Source of the DNA: Glaciecola sp.
GTDB taxonomy: Bacteria; Bacteroidota; Bacteroidia; Flavobacteriales_C; GCA-002722245
Assembly (NCBI GenBank): GCA_047632015.1
Contig: JBLIBC010000002.1
Coordinates: 1-39,152 of the forward strand
Reading direction: 5' to 3'
Length of the DNA stretch: 39,152 bases
Of the stretch, positions 8,086-16,543 are shown one piece after another; the first letter of the stretch is position 1, and each line of letters opens with the position of its first letter. The translations under genes were made by a program, and so were the position numbers. The notes below the pieces were generated by a model. It saw only the letters and a program-made list of their open reading frames with translations, ran no database searches and was not told the DNA's origin.

Positions 8086-10437
8086 ATGAAAACCTCTTTA
8101 TCGAATTTCAAAGCCTTGGCTGTTGTGCTTATTATCACAAGTCTTTCAAGCGTAACAGCACAAAAAATCATTGGATATATTCCAAAGTATCGAACAACAG
8201 CTCAAATGGATGCTGCAATCGAGTGGGATAAAATGACGGATTACTACTATTTTGGTTCCTTGCCCACAACCTCGGGAGGAATCACCTTAGAGGAACCAGC
8301 AAGGTTTGATCATGTAAAAAACAAAGCTACTACTTACGGTAAAAATATTTGGCTTTCTTGTGGAGGTTGGGGTAAATCAGCAGCATTTATTACGGTGGCG
8401 AACAACGCAAGTTTAAGCCAAACTTTTGCGAATGAGGCTTTGTCGTTGTGTACAACACATGGATTGACAGGTATTGATATTGATTGGGAATTTCCAGCTT
8501 ACGGGCAGGAAACGGCTTTCAAAAACTTTTTTAAAATATTGTACGAAACCCTGAATTCAGCTGGATATAAAGTGTCCGCCGCTGCAGGAGGTGAAGCAGC
8601 ACATGTCGATAAATGGCAGGCGGATGTGTTTAATTATATTGATGATTTGAACATCATGTCCTATGACGCAAGTGCTGGATACAGTAATCACGCTTCCTTA
8701 CAATTCATGAAAGACGCTATGGCCTTGTACAATACTCAAGGTTGTCCTTACAGCAAAATGTTGGGAGGTGTAGCTTTTTACAGCAGATGTGCTGGAGTAT
8801 TGATGTACAGTGAAATTTTGAATGGCGTGGGATCGTCTGATAAACCGGGAACTTTCGCAAATGATTTAACTGGAGGGTATTGTTACAATGGAAAAAATAC
8901 CATTGAAGACAAAATTAATTACGTGATGGGTTTAGGTGGAATTGGAGTTTTAGTATGGGAAGTGTCGCAAGACGTTTTAGGAACATATTCATTACTAGGA
9001 GCCTGTGATACAGGTATGGAACCACACAGGTGTTCAGCACCAGCACCTGCTTTAGGTACTGATCAAAGTATTTGCGGGGTAAGTAGCATTACTTTGGATG
9101 GAGGAGTTTTACCTCAATCAGGTGTAACTTTTACCTGGAAAAAAGGGACAACAACATTGGTGAGTAGTTCTTCGTCGGCAAATACATACAGTGCCACATC
9201 AAGTGGAACCTATACACTGGAGGTTTGGAAAGGAGGATGTAATCGTTCTGATGACATCGAGATTACGGGAACATTAGGAACTGTCAGTTTAGGAGGGCCT
9301 TACGATTTATGTTCCCCGGTAACAACAACTTTGAATTCTGGTATTACGGGTTCAGGAAAAAACTTTGTTTGGGAAAAAAACAGCTCAGTAATTATTGGGG
9401 CAATAAGCTCAGTTTATGAAGTAATAGCTGCAGGAACTTTTAAAGTAACAGTTTCGGCAAGTGGTTGTAGTTCGGTTAACGCAAGCGCAACGGTTACCTC
9501 TTCGGTGCCTTCTGCAAATAATTTCGTGACGTGTAACGCTGGAGATAAAGCCACATTAACAGCATCAGCATCAGTTAATTGGTACAGTTCTGCAGTGAGT
9601 TCAACGGTATTAAGTACAGGGATTACTTACCAACCAAGCCCTAGTATAAATACAACATATTGGATGGGAGGAACTGGTGCTTCATCGGTTTCACATACTA
9701 CCATGAAAACTGCTTTTTCAGGAGGTTGGCAAGCAAACGCGCAAGTATACGCTAGTAAATTAATAATTGCTTCGGAGTTATCCATAGACGAAGTTTATGT
9801 GAACGGTGATGGAGGAAATGTGGTTATTAATTTAGTGGGGAGTGATGGCACAACAGTGGTTAAAACAAAATCATTTACTTCCGTGTCAGGTGAAACAGCT
9901 TTAACTTTAGGGTGGACTGCAATACCAGCAGGCACTTATTATATGAACACTGTGGGAACCAGTGGAAACATTTGGGTTGACAATTCAGCAGCTGGATCCG
10001 ATCATGTGGTTGCAGGTGTTATTACAGTGGAAAAGCAATGTTATAATGATTGGTCAGCACCATACGGCGATGCCTACGTAGTAAGTGCCAACTATGGAAA
10101 CTTCTTTAAGTTGAAAGTTACGGTAGGGTCTTCTTGCGATAGGGTTCCAGTGGATGTGACCATTAATGGTTCTGATCCTAATTGTGGAATTACATCTGCA
10201 AAGCAAGGTTCATTCGTCGGTAATTTGTCAGTTTTCCCAAATCCTAGCGAAGGTTCGTTTAATGTAAAAGGCGTTACTTCCGGCTTAGCATCCGTTTACA
10301 ATACAACAGGCTCTTTGGTTGAGCATTTTAATGTAGCGGACAGGACGGTCTTTGGTGAGGATTTATTACCAGGAGTTTACAATTTGCTAGTAAACGATGG
10401 TGTAAATGTTTCGACTCATAAAATTGTAAAACATTAG
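8086..10437 (+). CDS. Secreted glycoside hydrolase family 18 (chitinase-like) protein with Cys-containing Ig-like repeats and a T9SS C-terminal sorting domain
   Basis: Signal peptide (ends TAQ), GH18 catalytic signature GIDIDWEFP, repeated modules such as GTYTLEVWKGGC and GTFKVTVSASGC, and a C-terminal VFPNPSEGSFNV...GVYNLLV...HKIVKH. Confidence 0.85.
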   Translation: MKTSLSNFKALAVVLIITSLSSVTAQKIIGYIPKYRTTAQMDAAIEWDKMTDYYYFGSLPTTSGGITLEEPARFDHVKNKATTYGKNIWLSCGGWGKSAAFITVANNASLSQTFANEALSLCTTHGLTGIDIDWEFPAYGQETAFKNFFKILYETLNSAGYKVSAAAGGEAAHVDKWQADVFNYIDDLNIMSYDASAGYSNHASLQFMKDAMALYNTQGCPYSKMLGGVAFYSRCAGVLMYSEILNGVGSSDKPGTFANDLTGGYCYNGKNTIEDKINYVMGLGGIGVLVWEVSQDVLGTYSLLGACDTGMEPHRCSAPAPALGTDQSICGVSSITLDGGVLPQSGVTFTWKKGTTTLVSSSSSANTYSATSSGTYTLEVWKGGCNRSDDIEITGTLGTVSLGGPYDLCSPVTTTLNSGITGSGKNFVWEKNSSVIIGAISSVYEVIAAGTFKVTVSASGCSSVNASATVTSSVPSANNFVTCNAGDKATLTASASVNWYSSAVSSTVLSTGITYQPSPSINTTYWMGGTGASSVSHTTMKTAFSGGWQANAQVYASKLIIASELSIDEVYVNGDGGNVVINLVGSDGTTVVKTKSFTSVSGETALTLGWTAIPAGTYYMNTVGTSGNIWVDNSAAGSDHVVAGVITVEKQCYNDWSAPYGDAYVVSANYGNFFKLKVTVGSSCDRVPVDVTINGSDPNCGITSAKQGSFVGNLSVFPNPSEGSFNVKGVTSGLASVYNTTGSLVEHFNVADRTVFGEDLLPGVYNLLVNDGVNVSTHKIVKH

Positions 10438-10531
10438 TTTACAAGCATGTCATATCCAGGAAGGCATGAAGTAATTGGGTTACAATTTCCTATGTTAAAT
10501 TTAGTTGAGCTACTTTTAATGCAGTAAGATC

Positions 10532-11935
10532 ATGGATTCAATTACTAAATATTGTTTATGCTTGATAGTAGCCTTTGGTGCTGTAGGCATGCCTGCTTTA
10601 AAAAGTCAAACGTTTGTAAAAACGCGTCCTTATTACGTTCAAAAATATTACAAAGACAAACATGCCTCAGGATTTAAGGTTTGCTATATAAGCAGTCCCT
10701 TTGCGAAAAGCTCGTTGGAAAAAGGAGTTAAAATACCTGAGCTGAACAGCCATAGGGTTTTGGGAATTGATTACTACTATACTCAATATAAATCAGCAAG
10801 GAAGTTTCAGCAAGTTGGTTTGGACGAAGAAAGGTTTAAGCAATTAAAGAAGGACTATCCAACCTTACATAATTTAGTAGATTCAGTGCCGGTGCGCTTT
10901 ATTGAACAAGTGCTGGCAACGACCAAAGTAGAAGCCAGGACTTACTACCATGGGTTTGTTATTCATTATCAAAAAGTAGTGGTAGACCCAAAAGACCGAG
11001 CAAGAGAAATTCGAGAGCTTGATAAATTATTTGATCGTGGATTTAAGGTGGAAAAAGGACTAAACCCGGGTGATACCAAAGAGCTAAAAGGACTTAGGTC
11101 CAATGATATTGTTAAGGTTTGGAACACGGAAGTCGACATCGAAAAGCCAAATGCAACGGTTATTGTGGACGCGCACGATGTGGAGAATCAAATTAAAAAA
11201 ATAGCCCCGAAAGATCAGGTGACTTGTTATGTGGTAGGGGAAAAGGAAGCAGGGAGTAAGGTGAGGGTACAGCTGTACTATGTGCCAGCTAAGAATTTTC
11301 CAGGAAGTACACCTCCAGCTTTTGTGGAGGGAGTTTATGGTCTTGTTCGCCAGCAACTTGAGGACAGTAAACTGAGGTTTCTTGCCAAGCAAAAATCCCA
11401 AGAGCCTAATGAGTTAAGTGGTGATTTGTACGAGAGTTTAACCAACTTTAAAAAGGATTCAATTTTACTTGTGATTGATGTGACAGGTAGTATGGGAGCG
11501 TCCATTGCCCATGTGCTAAAATGGTTAAACAGCATCGACCAAAAAAGGGTTAAGGGAATTGTATTGTTCAATGACGGTGACGGTAAAAAGGCTAACAAAA
11601 AGAAAATAGGAAGCACTGGAGGAGTTTATCATTGTCGTGATTTTTCCGAATTACGTCCTACAATAATCAAAGCAATGAAACGTGGTAGTGGAGGAGACCC
11701 TCAAGAAAATGACATAGAGGCTATCTTGTTTGCAGAACTGAAATTTGGAAGTGGAAACGTGGTACTTGTTGCCGACAACGTTGCTCATCCACGAGACCTT
11801 CCACTGCTGGTTGATGTGAAGTCTCCAGTACATGTACTAATTTGCAATGATTTGTATGCAGCACCATATTACATCAAAGTAAAAGTGGCGACAAATGGAA
11901 GTATCATTAATGTCCTTCCAAAATCGTTTAAGTGA
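10532..11935 (+). CDS. Secreted hypothetical protein with a C-terminal vWA-like domain
   Basis: 467 aa with an N-terminal signal-like segment. LLVIDVTGSMGASI resembles a vWA MIDAS beta-strand (DxTGS for DxSxS), followed by GGD..END and VVLVAD strands. Confidence 0.6.
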   Translation: MDSITKYCLCLIVAFGAVGMPALKSQTFVKTRPYYVQKYYKDKHASGFKVCYISSPFAKSSLEKGVKIPELNSHRVLGIDYYYTQYKSARKFQQVGLDEERFKQLKKDYPTLHNLVDSVPVRFIEQVLATTKVEARTYYHGFVIHYQKVVVDPKDRAREIRELDKLFDRGFKVEKGLNPGDTKELKGLRSNDIVKVWNTEVDIEKPNATVIVDAHDVENQIKKIAPKDQVTCYVVGEKEAGSKVRVQLYYVPAKNFPGSTPPAFVEGVYGLVRQQLEDSKLRFLAKQKSQEPNELSGDLYESLTNFKKDSILLVIDVTGSMGASIAHVLKWLNSIDQKRVKGIVLFNDGDGKKANKKKIGSTGGVYHCRDFSELRPTIIKAMKRGSGGDPQENDIEAILFAELKFGSGNVVLVADNVAHPRDLPLLVDVKSPVHVLICNDLYAAPYYIKVKVATNGSIINVLPKSFK

Positions 11936-11963
11936 TGAGATGTTACGAGGTGATGTGAGGAAA

Positions 11964-12842
11964 TTATATTTTCCCTACAGCTACAGCTATTTTATCAGCT
12001 ACTTCCTGCTTAACGGGAGCTAACGGAAGCCTTAAATTGTTTTCAATTAAACCAATTTGCTCCATCATGCATTTTACACCGCCTGGATTTCCGTCGGCAA
12101 AACTTAATGCCATGAGGTCCCATAATTTGTAGTGGTTTTCCTTAGCTGTTTGAAAATCACCTTTTAATGCTGAACGAACAGCCATTGATATTTCAGTAGG
12201 AAAGGCATTGGCCACTACTGAAATTAAACCGTGCGCTCCCACACTTACAAGCGGAACTGTAATGCCATCATCACCTGATATCACTTGAAAACCTTGTGGC
12301 GCTGACCTTAGTATTTGCATGATTTGATTCATGTCTCCTGAAGCCTCTTTTACTCCTAAAATGTTGTCAAACTCTTTAGCAAGTTTTAACGTAGTTTCAA
12401 CTTCCAAGTTTACACCCGTTCTGCCAGGTACATTGTATAAAATGAAAGGAAGTGGGCAGGCTTTGGCAAATGCTTTATAATGTTGGTATAAACCTTCTTG
12501 GTTTGGTCTGTTGTATGGTGGGACTACGGACAGTATTGCTGTGATTCCATCTAAGTCCAAGTCTTTAAAACTTTCAACTAAAGAGGCCGTGTTGTTCCCC
12601 CCGTGACCAAGTACTATTGGTAAACGTCCGTTATTTACTTTCTTTACCGTGGCAAGAACTTGTTTTTTTTCATCTTCAGTTAACGTGGTAGTTTCGCCTG
12701 TAGTCCCTAATACTACCAAATAATCTATCCCTCCTTTGATCACATGGTTGACTAATTTTTCAAGCCCAACATAATCAACCTCTAAATCCTTTGTAAATGG
12801 TGTTACTAATGCTACTCCGGTGCCACTAATTTCTGTTTCCAT
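11964..12842 (-). CDS. dapA: 4-hydroxy-tetrahydrodipicolinate synthase
   Basis: 292 aa. Motifs GTGVALVTPF, LVVLGTTGE, YNVPGRTG and an active-site Lys context (GVKEASGD). Confidence 0.93.
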   Translation of the reverse strand: METEISGTGVALVTPFTKDLEVDYVGLEKLVNHVIKGGIDYLVVLGTTGETTTLTEDEKKQVLATVKKVNNGRLPIVLGHGGNNTASLVESFKDLDLDGITAILSVVPPYNRPNQEGLYQHYKAFAKACPLPFILYNVPGRTGVNLEVETTLKLAKEFDNILGVKEASGDMNQIMQILRSAPQGFQVISGDDGITVPLVSVGAHGLISVVANAFPTEISMAVRSALKGDFQTAKENHYKLWDLMALSFADGNPGGVKCMMEQIGLIENNLRLPLAPVKQEVADKIAVAVGKI

Positions 12843-12857
12843 AACTGGGTTCTGCTC

Positions 12858-13400
12858 TTAATTTTTTATCACGTGTAAATATCGGTCAATATTTTTCATT
12901 AATTGCCTAATTCCCTCCTCAGGTTTTAAAACAATTGTCAAATCAAAAAGTGAGGAGTAGGACAACCTTTGTGCTCCAACTTTAAACTTAGCTTTTGAAT
13001 GATGAACTAAGTGCTGCAACACAATGTGATCCTCTGCGCTTAAGCCAATTAATATGTCGTATTTTTCATCGACAAAATTACTGACCGCCGTGCTTTTTGG
13101 TTCAAGACATAAATTTAATTCCTTTTTTGTGATGTAGTCAAATTCAAGACTAGGATTCACATCAACAGGTAATTCTTTTTCGTTTATATAACCCAACGCA
13201 AGTACTTTAGTTTTGTATTCTTTTAAAAACTTCACGTATCGTTTTACTAAATCGATTGACTCCTGGGAACTAGCATCGTAAACGATAGCCAAAGTGCTTG
13301 CGTTTTTAATGTTGATCGCACTCACGTTTCGCTCAGGACTAGAAGTTCTTTTTAATAAGAACTTAGCTAATTTCAATTGTATGTCGCTAATAAGACTCAA
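12858..13400 (-). CDS. Hypothetical protein, probably in an operon with dapA
   Basis: 180-aa ORF, same strand as dapA and 15 nt upstream of it. I recognise no motif. It resembles Bacteroidota-specific hypothetical proteins often found next to dapA, but that is from memory only. Confidence 0.55.
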   Translation of the reverse strand: MSLISDIQLKLAKFLLKRTSSPERNVSAINIKNASTLAIVYDASSQESIDLVKRYVKFLKEYKTKVLALGYINEKELPVDVNPSLEFDYITKKELNLCLEPKSTAVSNFVDEKYDILIGLSAEDHIVLQHLVHHSKAKFKVGAQRLSYSSLFDLTIVLKPEEGIRQLMKNIDRYLHVIKN

Positions 13401-13765
13401 AATAGAGTAGTAAAGATACAGGATTAAGGTAATATTTTACCTCAATTTCAGATATTGCTTAAGCTTCAAAGCACTTTTTTGCTTAAAAAGTCACTTTTTT
13501 ACATTTTAGTTTCATTTGGAAAATAAAACACAAATAAGCTTAAAACATTGAAGGATAGAGTCTTTTACTCGTCGATATAGCTGTGATATACCCCAATTGT
13601 ACGGAAAATGGCAAAAGGGTAAAAATAAATGTACGCTTTATGTACGGTGTGTTTTTATTTAGTTACTCTGACTCTGCTTTATCTTTGGAATAAGTTAAGT
13701 GCCTTGATTTGGGAGGTGGAGATCTTCCGTAATGATTCAAGTTTAAGTTAAGTTAAGTGAAAAAA

Positions 13766-13797
13766 GGGGTCTACATTCTGTAGCCCCTTTTTTGTTT
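13766..13797. terminator. Bidirectional intrinsic terminator just downstream of the YjbR-family gene
   Basis: GGGGTCTACA-TTC-TGTAGCCCC stem with one bulge, flanked by A6 upstream and T6 downstream. Lies 12 nt beyond the stop of the minus-strand gene ending at 13809. Confidence 0.7.
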
Positions 13798-13808
13798 TAT
13801 ACTCAAAA

Positions 13809-14150
13809 CTATAAAGCATTCTGAAGCTTCTTGGATAGTTTTGATTTAATCAAATCAAATGATTGCTGAACGTAATGCAAGGACTCCTCTTTTGACAATT
13901 GACTAATGTCGTCTATCGTTACCCATTGACCTTTTGCCAAGTAAGCAGCTTGTTTAAAATTATCCTGTGATGAAATATCGATGAATGTTTCTTTGGGAAC
14001 CTTAACGCTAGCTCGAGTTGGAATTTCGTCCAAGCTTACCATTAAAAATATCTTTTCGTAAACCATAAAACAAAGGTTGTTTTCCCATTTTATATCCTCA
14101 GTGGCTAAAGGCAAGCTCAAACATAATTGTCGGATAAATTGAATGTCCAT
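13809..14150 (-). CDS. MmcQ/YjbR family DNA-binding protein
   Basis: Family-like pattern LPLATEDIKWENNLCFMVYEKIF...VKVPKE...YLAKGQWVTI. I prefer the start at MDIQFIRQ (14150), because a minus-strand terminator occupies 14199-14225, next to the longer ORF-track start at 14198. Confidence 0.8.
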   Translation of the reverse strand: MDIQFIRQLCLSLPLATEDIKWENNLCFMVYEKIFLMVSLDEIPTRASVKVPKETFIDISSQDNFKQAAYLAKGQWVTIDDISQLSKEESLHYVQQSFDLIKSKLSKKLQNAL

Positions 14151-14198
14151 GTGGTAAATATACTTTAGTGAATTTATAAGATGCTTATGTTCGGGCAT

Positions 14199-14225
14199 AA
14201 AAAAAGGCGCAGATTTTACTGCACC
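14199..14225 (-). terminator. Minus-strand intrinsic terminator
   Basis: On the minus strand GGUGCAG-uaaaau-CUGCGCC forms 7 bp including one G-U, followed by U7. On the plus strand the same stem has a C-A mismatch, so the structure favours the minus strand. Confidence 0.6.
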
Positions 14226-14257
14226 TCTTAGCGGTTTGTATTGATGTACTAACCTAG

Positions 14258-14407
14258 TTAGTTTTCTCTAGTTATTAAGTAATTGTTTTCTTCCATCCTA
14301 TCAAATTCATCCAGTGAGTTTTCCAATTCAAAGCTGTCTTCAATACTCATGTTTTCTATTTGAATTAGTTGGTGAAGCCTTTGAGTTACTACGTTGTTGT
14401 TTTTCAT
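14258..14407 (-). CDS. Candidate 49-aa acidic small protein (below the ORF-track length cutoff)
   Basis: ATG at 14407-14405 and TAA at 14260-14258. Translation: MKNNNVVTQRLHQLIQIENMSIEDSFELENSLDEFDRMEENNYLITREN. The terminator at 14199-14225 follows about 30 nt downstream. No promoter box was recognised. Confidence 0.35.
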   Translation of the reverse strand: MKNNNVVTQRLHQLIQIENMSIEDSFELENSLDEFDRMEENNYLITREN

Positions 14408-14627
14408 ATTTCAATATCTTATCTGCTGTTCTGATTTATTGACGAGAGTAAAAGTAAAGGGTTGCTTATTAGACAAAAACTTTTTGCGTTTCCACTTCAT
14501 GTCGTTTTATTTAATTCACAATTTAGCTTTGAGTGTCACAATGATTAGAACCTTTTATAAGAAGTACTATTTGGGTTTTAGTAAAGTCACAAGATGGATT
14601 TTTCAATAAAATACCTAATTCACGGTA

Positions 14628-14658
14628 TTTCAAAAAGCTTACTTCTTGCGTAGTTTTG
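14628..14658 (+). promoter_or_regulatory. Candidate Bacteroidota promoter for the porin / FMN-binding pair
   Basis: TAGTTTTG (14651-14658) fits TAnnTTTG. A -33-like TTTC at 14628-14631 sits 19 nt upstream. The ATG is at 14691. Confidence 0.35.
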
Positions 14659-14690
14659 CGGTGTAAATTTTAACATCGATACCATTAACA

Positions 14691-15914
14691 ATGAAGACTA
14701 TAATTACCACATTTATCGCAACCCTGATAGCTTTTTCTGCTGCAGCTCAAGACTCCATTACTACAGCAGTAAAAGATACAAGTGCTCTTATTAAAGCAAG
14801 TGAGTTAAAAGCAAACGAAAGAATTTTTAACAAAAGGAAAGGGAAATTGAAACTTGGAGGGTATGGTGAAGTGGATTACAACCAAGGAGTTTCTGAACAA
14901 AAAAATGGTAATCTAGATGTGCACAGGTTAGTGATGTTCATGGGGTATCAATTTAGTAAAAAGACGCAGTTTGTGTCGGAAATTGAGTTTGAACATGTTA
15001 AGGAGGTGTATGTTGAACAAGCATTTTTAAGACACAAATTGACTTCATCCATCAACTTTAATGCAGGGTTGATGTTGGTGCCAATGAACTTCATCAATGA
15101 GTATCACGAGCCTACTTTCTTTTACAGTGTGGAGCGTCCGAATTTAGATAACAAAGTGGCACCTTCTACTTGGAGAGAAATTGGAGCAGGTTTTTCAGGG
15201 AACATTAAACCAGTAAGATTGAAATACCAATTGTACATCATGAACGGCTTTAATGGTTTTTCGGGCGGTAATTCAAAGTTTAAAGGTTCAAATGGTTTAA
15301 GAGGAGGAAGACAAAAAGGAGCAAAAGCAATAGCAAGTTCACCAACCTTTGCTGGGAAAGTAAATTTTTACGGAGTGCGAAGCCTTAAGGTCGGACTAGC
15401 TTACTACGGAGGAAAGTCTCAATCAGATTTGTTTGACGGGCTTAACAAAAGTGATGTAGCAGGAAATGCTGCTGCAGACAGTTCAATAGTTGGAATATCG
15501 ATGGTTGGACTTGACCTACAATACAACAAAAGTGGTTTTACATTTAGAGGTCAATTGAACCACATAGCAATTAGTAACACTGATCAGTACAATACGTTTG
15601 GAAGCACCAACTTAGGTTCTGAAATGGTTGGTTACTATGCAGAATTTGGATTTGATTTATTCAGTTTAAGTAAAAAAGCGAAAGGTGGTTTAATTCCTTT
15701 TGTAAGACTTGAGCAGTATAATACACACCAAACAGTATACTCGTCCACAATCAACAACGACGCTTACAATGTATTTGAAGTCATTACTGGTTTGAACTGG
15801 AGAGTGGCTAAAGGAGCAGTGATCAAGTTAGATTATCAAATGACTCAAAACAGAGCAAAACCTAGCGAATGGACAAACTACATCAATGCTGGTGTCGGCT
15901 TTAACTTACAGTAA
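14691..15914 (+). CDS. Putative outer-membrane beta-barrel porin
   Basis: 407 aa. Signal peptide ending AAAQ, alternating amphipathic strands with many G/Y/N/F residues (LGGYGEVDYNQ, LKVGLAYYGG, GYYAEFGFDLF). Confidence 0.65.
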   Translation: MKTIITTFIATLIAFSAAAQDSITTAVKDTSALIKASELKANERIFNKRKGKLKLGGYGEVDYNQGVSEQKNGNLDVHRLVMFMGYQFSKKTQFVSEIEFEHVKEVYVEQAFLRHKLTSSINFNAGLMLVPMNFINEYHEPTFFYSVERPNLDNKVAPSTWREIGAGFSGNIKPVRLKYQLYIMNGFNGFSGGNSKFKGSNGLRGGRQKGAKAIASSPTFAGKVNFYGVRSLKVGLAYYGGKSQSDLFDGLNKSDVAGNAAADSSIVGISMVGLDLQYNKSGFTFRGQLNHIAISNTDQYNTFGSTNLGSEMVGYYAEFGFDLFSLSKKAKGGLIPFVRLEQYNTHQTVYSSTINNDAYNVFEVITGLNWRVAKGAVIKLDYQMTQNRAKPSEWTNYINAGVGFNLQ

Positions 15915-15917
15915 AAT

Positions 15918-16508
15918 TTGAAAAAGTTTTTTTACATCCCCGTTTTGTTAGTCGCGCTGTTCCACTTGTCTTTTAGGGTGGAGTATTTGACACTGTACCC
16001 TAAATATTTGGACAAAAAGATTGATAAATTGGTTAAAAAAGTTTTCAAAAAAGAAGACTCTCTTAGTTTAAAACCATTCAATTTACCTGTTGAGTTCCGT
16101 GATCAAAGTCACATTGAATTATTCACTATTACCAAAGACTCAACGAAAAGAGGATTTGTTGCAGTAACGTTAGCTAATGGTTGCGAGGAAGGTGGTTGTA
16201 GTGCTGCCGATTTAGGCGAAGACAATGAATTTACCGACAAGTACGAGCAATATTATTTTGCTACGGTGTTTGATGTAAAAGGTAAAATTTTAAGAGTAAA
16301 AGTGATTGAATACGACTCCGATTATGGTTATGAAATCATGTCAAGAGGTTGGTTAAAGCAATTTACATCCAGTAAAAATGATGAATTTATTTACGGAAAA
16401 AACATCGACGCCATTGCTGGTGCCACTGTCACCGGGGAGTCCATTGTGTCCGAAGTGAATATTTTGAGGATGATCATGGGGAGTGTTAGTCAAGAATTGA
16501 CGCCTTAG
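15918..16508 (+). CDS. Exported FMN-binding domain protein (NqrC/RnfG-type FMN_bind)
   Basis: 196 aa with an N-terminal hydrophobic segment. C-terminal motif NIDAIAGATVTGESI matches the D-[AG]-[IV]-[ST]-G-A-T FMN-attachment signature. Apparent TTG start 3 nt after the porin stop, with no in-frame ATG nearby. Confidence 0.7.
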   Translation: MKKFFYIPVLLVALFHLSFRVEYLTLYPKYLDKKIDKLVKKVFKKEDSLSLKPFNLPVEFRDQSHIELFTITKDSTKRGFVAVTLANGCEEGGCSAADLGEDNEFTDKYEQYYFATVFDVKGKILRVKVIEYDSDYGYEIMSRGWLKQFTSSKNDEFIYGKNIDAIAGATVTGESIVSEVNILRMIMGSVSQELTP

Positions 16509-16543
16509 CGAGTAGCGGACAAGGTTGATAATACGGCGATTCT

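Noticed and set aside
13401-13600. Lysine riboswitch upstream of the dapA-containing operon
   Set aside because: The minus-strand leader is very AT-rich and lacks the GC-rich conserved helices and core (for example the AGAGGCGC-type 5' element) of the L-box. No multi-helix junction could be drawn.
14394-14609. 71-aa plus-strand ORF in the intergenic region
   Set aside because: It has a non-ATG start and a low-complexity hydrophobic or aromatic translation typical of AT-rich noise. It has no promoter or terminator context and overlaps the start of the better-supported minus-strand small ORF.
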